This document shows, piece by piece, positions 51,397-61,311 of a DNA stretch of 64,000 nt (position 1 is the first letter of the stretch; each line of letters starts with the position of its first letter). The stretch lies in the NCBI RefSeq assembly GCF_006345805.1, contig NW_021835999.1, forward strand, positions 1 to 64,000, given 5' to 3'. The notes below the pieces were generated by a model that saw nothing but the letters and a program-made list of their open reading frames with translations, had not been told where the DNA came from and searched no databases. This DNA is from Octopus sinensis. Its lineage: Eukaryota. The position numbers and the translations under genes are program-made.

Positions 51397-53113
51397 TCCT
51401 CTCTGATTTCCTCTCTTAAAAGAGGATCGACAAAGGTCTAAAGAAAACATTGACTCAGCTTGGAGATTGGAATGTTCTAAGCTTAATCGAAGACACCCAA
51501 GTTTCTGGAAGGCATATAATCGCCTAAAGGAACGGAATGCAAAGGAGATGAAATCAATTTAACCACAGAAAATGGCTATGCTATCACCGAGAGACGATGT
51601 ACCTGACGCTTTACGTCAACAACTGGCGAAAATTCAAGATGTCGACCCGAGCTGTTTTGTCCCGACAGATATAATGGACGATAAAAAGAGGGCAATAGCC
51701 TCTGCGAAAATGTCCCCTGGTCGACTTTGTCACGCAATCACCCTGGATGAAACCCTACTAGCAATTAAAAGATGCAAGGACAACGCACCGGGTTTTGATT
51801 ACATACCCATCCGAGTCTTCAAAGAGGCCCCCGATAAGCCTAGTCAAGATAATAACGATACTTTTCAATGCCAGTTGGGAGACTGGATACGTCCCGAATG
51901 CATGGAAAAAACCGTGGTACGAATGATTCCAAAGGCAGGGAAACCTAAAGACCGTGCAGAAAATTTCCGACCCATAAGTCTCATCTGCTCCATATCAAGA
52001 ATCATGGAACGTATAATCTTTAACAGATTATCTATTCTCGTGGAGGAGTCAGGTTACCTGGCTAAAGAACAATGGGTTTCCGACGTGGGAAGTCCTGTGG
52101 AAACTGCTTTGCCCAACTGGAAACGCAAATCTCGAGGGCCCTTACACACAGATGGGGATGACAGCTGTTTGTCTGGACATTTCAAAGGCGTTCGACAGCG
52201 TTTGGCACCTAGGCCTCCTGGAAAGGATCATCAGTATCCTTCCGGGGCAAAGGACTGTCAAATGGCTAGAGAATTTCTTACACATGCGAAAGTCTTTTAT
52301 CAGATGTGGTAACCGGACCTCGGATACAATCAATCTAAGGAGGGGAGTGCCTCAAGGGTCGGTCCTGAGCCCTCTACTTTTCAACTTATACGTTGCCGAC
52401 ATCCCGAAACCAGTAAATCCGGAGAGTCTACTAATCATCTATGCGGACGACATATTGGTTACGGATCTGTCGCGATCCAAGGACCTCTCTTGGAAAAGGC
52501 TGAGGGAATATATAGCGAGGGTTGAGTCTTGGGCTACGGAGAAAGCCCTCTCCTTAGCACGAGACAAGTCCACCATCACGTGGGTTTCTAAAACTCGGAA
52601 AGGAAGAGAACCACTTCTGGAGACAATGGGACTAAGAATCTCTGACGACCTACGCTACCTTGGGGTAACGATCGGGGCTGACGGATCGTTCCTTAAGTTC
52701 GTGGAATCTAGAAGAAGGAAATGTTCCGGGATCCTGAGAAGCCTTATACGCTTCCATCTCTCCCCAGACACCTTTCTCTTCATCTATAAGGCGACTGTAG
52801 AACCAGTCCTTATCTATGGACATGAAGGTTGGTACCCTACAGACGAGAGAAATCGCATAATCACCAAACTGGAGAAAACAAGGCGCTTTGCGATTAAACT
52901 GGCGTATAAGCTACGGCTTGATCAGGATCTCCCCAGAGAGCTAGATGAACAAACTCAAAACATTCGGCAAGTCCTCTGCTCATTGCAAAGGGCATGAGAA
53001 GTGAAAAGGAAAGCAAGGAGGAGGCTTTCGGTGTCTCGATTTTAATAAAACCTTTTCATATAACTCTTCTCTTTCGGTTGCTAAGTCAATAAAATCTGTT
53101 CGTTCGTTCGTTC
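51397..53113 (+). mobile_element. 5'-truncated Jockey/I-like LINE with (TTCG)n tail
   Basis: APGFDYIP, MIPKAGKPK..NFRPISLICSISRIMERII, LDISKAFDSVWH, GVPQGSVLSPLLFNLY, YADD, LRYLGVTI; AATAAA + GTTCGTTCGTTCGTTCG tail; flanked by GTCGTTGTGATT. Confidence 0.92.
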
Positions 53114-53125
53114 GTCGTTGTGATT

Positions 53126-53588
53126 AGAGTATTTTGCATTTTGCCATCCAGCCCTACGTTAAATTTGGAGCCTGATACTTTCCTCTACGTTTTCAATACG
53201 GTGATCCTACCGGGACTACTATACGGAAAAGAGGGATGGTACTTCTCTAAAAAGAAGGACACCATCTTAACTAAATTTGAAAGTCTCGCAGGCTCGCTTT
53301 GAAGCTTGCTTACCACCAAAAAGTTGAAGATCCAATCCCCCTGTGGCTTGAAAGTAAATCCTCCATGGTCGGTGAAACTGTCGAAAAGCTATAAGTGGTT
53401 ATAAATCCAACTCATTGTCACTGGGACGTACCTGCAGAGGTAGAAAAGAAAAAAAAAAAAATTTACTTGAGGGGGTCTCTTTTTTTTTTCTGGGAAGAAG
53501 TCGATAGGGTAGTCCTATTGTTTCATTATACAAACTCCCCCCTAACCTTTAACCCTTCTCTGTTTCCAATAAAACTTCCTATTCCTAT
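53126..53588 (+). mobile_element. Second LINE 3' fragment (related subfamily) with CCTATT tail
   Basis: LEPDTFLYVFNTVILPGLLYGKEGWY..TKFE; AATAAA + CCTATTCCTATT, followed by TCGTTGTGATTGATT. Confidence 0.78.
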
Positions 53589-54463
53589 TCGTTGTGATTG
53601 ATTATTAATTTTTCTAAAAAATTGAAAAATCATTAATCAATTATTTCTCAGAAATAATTCGGAGGTAACGAGTGGGGCATAGTAATCCCTGAGGCATGTG
53701 ACACATTATTATTACGGACGAAGCAATCCTACCGACAACATCGTAAATGAAACTAAAAATCTACTAAGAGCAAATAAAACAGTGGATGGCATTAAAGTAC
53801 TTGACTCTGTCAATTGAAAAGTGCACGCTCACTCGAGTATCAGCAAGAAGTGCAAAAACATACACGATTGACGTTATTCAGAAGATCCAATCATTTTTAT
53901 ACCTGGGAGTTCATTTTCTGAAATGGAAAGTGTGACGAAGACATACAAATGATCATATCCCTTATTAAATTTCGCTTACCTCCTGAGACGGTGCTATTCA
54001 TTTTCCGAGTTGCCATTCCTCCTGTGCTGATGTATGGGCTGGAAGAGTGGATCTTGTCCCCTTCTAAGGCAAGAATTGTTAAAATACTACAAAAAACTAG
54101 AAGACTAGCGCTCAAGGTGGCCTTTGATGTAAATCTACCGAGCTTTCAGAAAACTTTTCCTATGATTGGTGACCTTGTTGAAAGTTAGTTCCGAAAGTAT
54201 CTAGGGAAGAGAACGAAATAGCGATGGACGACTTTATGAGTAAGGCCTCCTACTGGCCGTTAACTTTATGTCCGATATCTTTTTTGTGAAAATAAACCTG
54301 TCTTATCTTATTAAATCTCGCAAAAATTGGTCTTTTCTCATGCTTTTGATAATCTATTTGGGTTTGCTTATTTTGCTAGTGTTTTTGAAATTTTTCCACT
54401 AGCATCCTCAAAATCTTTTATTTTCAGAATCGTATTAATTATGATAACTGTTAATTTTGAAAA

Positions 54464-55610
54464 TCACAATTCGCCATTTGCCCCACTGCGAATAGCAAGC
54501 GAATTATCTCGCAAGATTGCTATCGATACTCTCTGATACATCCACCTAGTTTCCCGGGAGTCATTTGTCTTCCTTTCAATGGGCTTCCCGATCGACGAAA
54601 GAATTCTTATCTGGCAGAGACGTTTGTTTTCTTTGGCCCGGCGAGACGCAAAACCAGGACACAACACAGACTGAGTAACGGTATCTGGAGCAAAAGTTTC
54701 CGCACAGGTTACATCCCATATGAGACACTTTCCATCGCTAAATAGGAAGACCGTCATTCCGTCCGGACGTTTGCAGTCTCCGCGATCTAGACCAATGGGC
54801 TTCAGAACCGAAGGGAAGCCTGCGGCATTAAGGCCCCGTTTGACGACTTTTTTTAAACTGGAGTGTCTCGGGGTACGTCCAGCGCTTAACCGTGGAGGAC
54901 ATCAGAGTCTATCAACTGCGCACACTTGCACGAGTGGGGATGCCAAAGAGGGATTCATAGTCGAAGACAGGTGCCGAGTCGAACTGACTCATCATCCAAG
55001 AGTAAACCGGCTGAGGATAGTGGGACGACATTTAACTGAGTGTGATTGTGCGGCTGCGTTCATTGAGGCGAGTTCAATTTGATCGGCGCTTGTTTTCAGG
55101 GATTTCACGATTTCTTTACAAATCTGGATGGAATCCTAACTTTTTTGAAAATGATCCAGCTCGAGAATGACACAGTTCGAAATGTTTAGGAAAGGAAAAA
55201 AGAACAGAATTGACAAAATTTCTCGATTTCGAGAGCGAAGATAGGTAGCAAAACAGAGAAATGTCCATATACAAGCGGATACCAATATTACCGAATAGTA
55301 GAGGTAACATCACATGAGTAATTTTGTCTCCATAGAAGTTAACATTGAGTAATTTTTCGAAGACTTCCAGATAATAGAATCCAGGTCAGACAACAGGTTG
55401 AGTTCCCGGAAACATTGGGATAAACGAAATAAGTAGGTGAGACGCGGAATACAAAGTTAGTTTGTAATGAGGAATAGCCCCACGTGTGCATCGAGGTCGG
55501 AGATTGTTCCAGGGTCAGAAATAGATCACGTTTCTTATCCGCGATAGCAGTAGATATCTCTCCACCGGAGATTGGCGAACCAAGGACAACCAGATCTTTC
55601 AGGATTGTTC
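54464..55610 (-). mobile_element. CRE-clade retrotransposon, decayed 3' part
   Basis: LVVLGSPI, RLTYLFRLSQCF, LPLLFGNIGIR, KPIGLDRGDCKRPDG, LIWDVTCAET, YQRVSIAILRDN. Confidence 0.85.
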
Positions 55611-56006
55611 TGTATAAAGGTAGGTATATTGAACAAGTTATTAAATTTACTTATAACGAAAATGTAAAGCAGTAAAATTAACAAAAATCTGTCAATAAGG
55701 ATTTCTTTGTATTTATCTTCATTTCAGCACTTGATTTTTTGTTCTGATAAATCGGTCTCCTAGCGAGATAAAATAATGCAGGGTCTTGAGTGGAAGCAGA
55801 GTTTTTGAACATTTGTGCACGTTAATTTATACCTTCGTTCCTATTACATAATCACCAAAATTGCACGTTTTGGGTACGAGTAGATAAGAATACCAACTGT
55901 AGTCGACATGGTGTTCGTGATCTAATGAACTTTTGTAACATTTGCAACACTTCGAATAGTCAAAAACGTTGGATTTAGTGCGCAACTTGTTCAAATCTAT
56001 CCCACA

Positions 56007-58416
56007 GTGCTGTGCCAAAATGACCAAGAGAGACATGTCTGCTATTCCCACCCCGAATTGTTCTTCATGGGCATAACCGAAGCAATCCAGTATGTCGTCC
56101 AAACCCTTCCGACCGGGCTCTGTCCGACTCTATTTCTCATATCGGAGAGACGCAAATGTCGCAACATCCATGTGAGGATCCCCAAGGCAGCACGAGCGGC
56201 TGCGGCCGATGCCTTATCAACTTGCATTCGACTTCTGAGCTTTGCTCCCTGGGTTCTCGGTGCCCTATAAAAGCTGATCGGGATACAACATCTCTAGCCA
56301 CTCGAATGAATAAAACATCCACTCCTTCATGGCTCAGGAATACTGCTCAGACTCGCCCCCACTCCAATCATCAAAGTCACACAAACAGACTCAAAGCCGC
56401 AAACATGAAATTCCAGAATACCGAGGGCGGAGTACGGGCATTCCTCAGGAGCCGACGGGCTCCGCCCTGGATATCTGAAGATACTAATTGTCCGCACAGT
56501 TCCAGTCTGATACACGTCTGCTCAAATCAATTACTTGTCTGATAAATCAAATGGTCTAAGGAAATCTGCCGGATACTATCCGTCACATACTCTTCTCAGC
56601 CAATCTCACCGCTTTTGGCAAAAAATGCGGAGGGATTTGCCTAATTGCGGTCGGCTTTATCTTCCGTCGACTTACGTGCCTGGAGGATGTGAATCCGCAC
56701 ATTTTCAGATGCGTGCAGAAAATCCCCATGTCCAAAAATATTGATCAAGCTTGACATCAGAAATGCATTCAACAGTATTTGGCATGACCGAGTTTTGGAT
56801 TCCTGCTCTGAATATTGTCTTTAATTATTTGACATAACTTTCCAATCATACGGCCAACCATCCTCCCTTATCTTTGAATCCTACACTATCCCGTCTGCTA
56901 CGGGAGTTCAACAGGAAGACCTTCTGGGGCCACTCTTTTTCTGTCTTGAAATTTCTAAGGTGACTAAACTTATATCTTCCCCACTAAATTATTGGTATCT
57001 TTCCCTACATAATAAAAATTATTCCGGCTCTGGAGAAAATCAGCCTTAGTTTAAATTTCTCTAAATGTGAAATCTCTAACTTCGAGTGTTCGCAATCTAC
57101 CTTCAAAGACGCTGTTTGTTCCTTTCGTGATCTTATCCCACCCCCATTAACGAACTTTCTATCCTCGGAACCCCGGTGGCTGGCGATTCTATTGATATGG
57201 GCCTACACAAAAAGGAATTCTTTCTCAAGGCAGTTTTCGAACGTATTAGACAGTTGTACTCACATACAGCATTATTCCTTCTACGAAATTGCTTTACAGT
57301 CCAAAAGTTCACTTATTTGCTACGCTTTTCTCCGTGTTTTGCTTTTCCAGAGAGGCTTTCCGCCATTGACCACCTTATCCGTACTTGTACTCAAAACATA
57401 TGCAATTCCCCCTTCGTCGATAGGGGTTGGAGACAAGAGACCCTCCCGTTAACCTTTGGCGGTCTCGGCATCCGCTCATGTTCCAACTTATCGTTCCCCT
57501 TTTTCTCTCGACCCTCTCCTCGAGCCACACACTTGTCATGAAAATTCTACGCTCCTTCTCTGAATTTTCCTCGGACACAAATGTGACTCATATTAGCAAA
57601 GTCTGGAGGGAAAACAAGGTCTTGACTTTCTGGAAGATCGAATGTCTCAACGGGTCTGGGATCGAATAGGATGCAAGCAAATTTTCAATCTGCTGCTTTA
57701 GTCGTCCAACCAACATTGCTGCGCTTGCCTACTTTCGGCGGCATCCCCGGCTAGTGGAGCTTGGCTTTGCACATTCCCGAACGCCCCATCTGGCACTCTC
57801 CTTGATGATGAATCGGTAAGGATCGGAATCTCCCTGCGCCTTGGGCCAAGGCAGTGTGTCCCGCATTTGTTTCGTTGTGGCTGCATTGTTGATTCTTTCG
57901 GTCTGCATCCTTTATCGTGCAGAAAAAGCGCCGGACGTTTTCCGAGGCACTCGACTATGAATAACGGAGGGCCCTCGACTCGGCGGGATTTCCTTCGGTC
58001 CTCAAACCACCGAGTCTTGTCCGCGGTGACGGGAAACGTCCTGACGGGATGATCCTTTTTGTTTTTGAGGGGGAAAAGGCCTCGTATGGGACGCAACCTG
58101 ATTGGATACATCTTCTGCTTCACACCTAACTTTGTGTGCTCTGGAGGCTAAATCTGCTGCTAAGAAAGCTGAAGATTTAAAGCTGACAGAATCTTCCGCC
58201 ATTTCGAATGAGTTTTTCGTGATGCCGATAGCAGTGGAGACGTCGGGTGCTCTTGGCCTAAAAACGGAAAACTTCCTCCGCAAGCTCGGAGCCAAAATCT
58301 CCATGCACACTCACGATCCTCGGGAGGTGGACTGGCTTTTCCAACAGTTCTCAATCGCCGTTCTCAGAGGGAACACTTCGGCGATCCGTCAGGCCGCTGG
58401 CCCTCCCATCGATTAA
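56007..58416 (+). mobile_element. CRE-clade retrotransposon, longer degraded copy
   Basis: IHVRIPKAARAAAADAL, KLDIRNAFNSI, GVQQEDLLGPL, LLRNCFTVQKFTYLLR, LPLTFGGLGIR, RCG..GLHPLSC, MPIAVETSGALG, FQQFSIAVLRGN; many frameshifts. Confidence 0.88.
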
Positions 58417-58556
58417 TCTATTAACACGATTTCAAATTCAGGAAGTATTCGAGGAGTTCAAATATTGTTTCTAATACCATTGCTGTTTGAAGGCATTAAA
58501 ATTCAAGTTTTCATCGTTAAAATAAAACTTCGGCAGGTTTCCATTTCATTCTAGAC

Positions 58557-60112
58557 CAGGGGTGTCAAACATGCGGCCCGCGGCCCGCATATGGCCCTCG
58601 AAAGACATAGGTGCGGCCCTCAGCGTACTTTACCAAACATAAGTGCGGTCTGATTTAATGGCTATAAAATGCAAAAAATTATTTTTTATTTTTTTACATT
58701 TAATTAAAATTTTTAATTGTATTTTTAAATCGTGTTTGTTAATGTCACGTGCTTCTTCTGGAATAAATAGAAACGCTCTTTGAAAGATGAACGGAGGGTG
58801 TTTCAAGATAAATGGGAACTTCTCTATTTTTGCACAATGGTTGATGGAAAAATACATTGTTTTATATGTAACACGAACATTGAACACGAGACTAAAAAAT
58901 TGCAATCTTTGCAACTTTAGCTTTCTCGGCAAAGCCATTGGCTTCTTCTCGAAGATCATTCTGGAAGCAAGAGCAATGGCTATTCCTAAACGTCCACCTC
59001 TCGCTGCTTGTAGTCGAAGGATATCCGGTCTGGCCAAGGAGAGAAATCGCCTCAAAAGGTCAAACCGGATGTCTTCTGACATAATTACCCGCATCCGACA
59101 CTTAAACAAGGAACTGAAGTCCAATGAACTCAGACACACCTATTTGAAATGGAATCGCATTCTTTCTACCGTGAACCGCAATCGTTCAACGGGTGAAGTG
59201 TGGAAAGCCATTCGGCACGTGGTCAGGGGGGGACGCTCCCGAACCTTTCGAAGATTTTGATAAAAAAGACGTGAACAACCTCATGAATTTCTATGCAAAT
59301 AATGCACATAAAGATCACAGGAAATCCGACTCACTCCCCTCCAACAGAAGCCTAAAAAAACGGCTCCTCCTCTCGGTAAAGGAGGTGGAAGATACCTTGC
59401 ACTCAACAAAACCTTTTTACTCTCACGGCCCGGACAAAATCCCGGTGATCCTATTAAAAAACCTCGGCGTCGAAGGTGTCAGATTTCTAGCAGCAATCTT
59501 CAACCATTCTATTAACAACAACGTAATTCCGGCTTTATGGAAACAGGCCTTAATAAGGCCGATACTGAAGCCTGGAAGACCAAGAGGGGACTCGCTTGAT
59601 GAGGTCTATCCCGGGTCATCATTTGCTCATTTTCATTTTATTATTCATCAGCAATATTTGTGCTCAAAGATATTAAAAATGGAATCGGTGTTAAAGGAAT
59701 TTCAAGAAAGATTTAATGATTTTTCGTCTTTTGAACAACAATTTTCACTATTCGCATCACCATTCTCTTTTAATGTTTCTAATGCAGATGAAAGTTTACA
59801 AATGGAACTAATCCACTCAGATTCTATACTTAAAGCTAAATATTTGGAGGTTAGAATACCTGCTTCCTTTTCATATCTTCCTGGAAAGTTTAAAAACTTA
59901 AAAAGTTGTCAATCCTCTGGAAGCAACTCTCACCAAAATTAAAAAGCGATAATTGAATAATTTAGTAACTAAATTATTAACTAAAACTAAATTTTAGCAT
60001 AATAAATATCAGAACTAATCTTCCCTTAATGAGAAATTATTATAAATGCGGCCCTCGAAGCAAAATTGTTACAAAATGCGGCCCTCAAAGCGAAATGAGT
60101 TTGACACCCCTG
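58557..60112 (+). mobile_element. hAT (Buster/SPIN-like) deletion derivative containing LINE filler
   Basis: TIRs CAGGGGTGTCAAAC / GTTTGACACCCCTG; perfect TSD TTCTAGAC; GCGGCCC subterminal repeats; ERRVFQDKWELLYF, IIHQQYLCSKILKME, EFQERFNDF..LFASPFS..LQMELI. Confidence 0.93.
58925..59615 (+). mobile_element. Internal (pre-RT) LINE fragment embedded in the hAT
   Basis: GEVWKAIR, SHGPDKIPVILLKNLG..LAAIFNHSI..IPALWKQALIRPILKPGRP; no tail or TSD seen. Confidence 0.82.
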
Positions 60113-60339
60113 TTCTAGACCTAGTCAGCCTTTCCGTTCAAATGAGAGGAGAGCTGTTTGGCGCTCCCTTTGACAAGGATGGAAGTCAGCCTTTCCCGGA
60201 ATGACAGTATAAATACTAAACATCTGCACTTTCTACTTCATATTTGTAACTGGTTGAATGCTCATCTTTACTGTGTAAAATGAATTTAAACTCCATAGCT
60301 ATTGAAAATGAGTTTTTCATATCTTTTTGTGTGGTGTTT

Positions 60340-60960
60340 CATTATTATGATGGCTCCGTCGTCAAGCTCAATCACAAAAATTGTCTACATTGACGATGTT
60401 GATTTCGCTTCGGACAACAATGTTACTTTAATTGATCTTCTAAACAATTCTCCGAGAACTCTCGATAGAAATTAGAGTTAGTGTTGTGAAGAAACTTGGC
60501 TCTCTGTTCAAAACAGCACCTAGCCCTCTACGTGGAATTTACTGGCCATCTGAAATTAATAATCAATCTCTCTACAAACAATATAACGCAGCGGTTCGCA
60601 ACCGTGGTCCGAAATTTTTTTTAAAGCAAACAAGATCAGAAATCTCATTGAGTTGCCGTTAAATTGTTTGTTATTTCACAATTTTCACAAAAATTGTCCA
60701 AAAAATGTTTAGCAAAAATATTTATTTTATTTAAGATGGTCTTCACCAGTACAAAAGTAGTCCCCAGTCTAAAAAAAGTTGAGAACCGCTGCTATAACGC
60801 TGACCACAGAAATTTTCGCAGACCGCTGGAAATTGTTGGGCACATTTAAGACTGGACCCAGCCACTCCCGCTAATCTCGCAATGCACAAATACTTCATGG
60901 ACTATTGTGAGAAATAGTGTGAAAGACCGCGATTTAGCATTCCTAGAGTGCTGGTAAGAA
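60340..60960 (+). mobile_element. RTE-like LINE 3' remnant
   Basis: YIDDVDF, VKKLGSL, GIYWPSEINNQSLY, VGHI.RLDPATPANLAM. Confidence 0.65.
60589..60791. mobile_element. hAT-derived MITE
   Basis: CAGCGGTTCGCAAC / GTTGAGAACCGCTG with TSD ATATAACG / CTATAACG. Confidence 0.8.
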
Positions 60961-61311
60961 TCCTAACTCTGTTGTTAAAAGCTTGTAAAAAGGTGATGAC
61001 CAAAATTCTCAACACGCTCTCGCTCACGTTTGGGATTATAACTTTGTTTGTGCTCGTACGGAATGTGTAAAATAACTGCCTTTAGCTCTTTTAGAATAAT
61101 TTTATTTTTATCTTAATCTATGATTCGAAAAAGAACAAATTTTACTCCTCATCAAACGGTCCTTCGCATTGCATTCAGAAAATTTGAAAACATCGAAATT
61201 GTATTTTTTTTTCTTTCAAATGTACTGCATATGCAATAAAAAGTGTTATGCAACTCGAAAAATATTGTTGGCATAAATATAGTTTTAATGTAAATATGCT
61301 AGAAAGTTTAA

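Larger units (their letters stand above)
50588..53703. mobile_element. Non-autonomous TIR element (TGT..ACA ends, 5-bp TSD; Ginger2/TDD-like?) carrying telomere-like repeats
   Basis: ~40-bp imperfect TIRs TGTCACATGCC..TTACCATGCCCCGCTCGTTACC (50588-50627) / GGTAACGAGTGGGGCATAGTAA..GGCATGTGACA (53664-53703); TSD CATTA on both sides. The superfamily assignment is inference. Confidence 0.85.
50330..54305 (+). mobile_element. Jockey/I-like LINE remnant split at its YADD motif by a TIR element
   Basis: KWLESFLNGR..RGVPQGLVLSLLLFNVY..YADD-I up to 50587, resuming IITDEAI after the duplicated CATTA at 53704-53708, then LFIFRVAIPPVLMYGLEEW..KTRRLALKVAF and AATAAA at ~54291. Confidence 0.78.

Noticed and set aside
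53434-53495. A-run/T-run hairpin resembling a terminator
   Set aside because: Low-complexity LINE 3' UTR; intrinsic terminators are not relevant in this context.
58630-59942. Novel 157-249 aa proteins
   Set aside because: Chimeric or antisense frames across hAT and LINE fragments.
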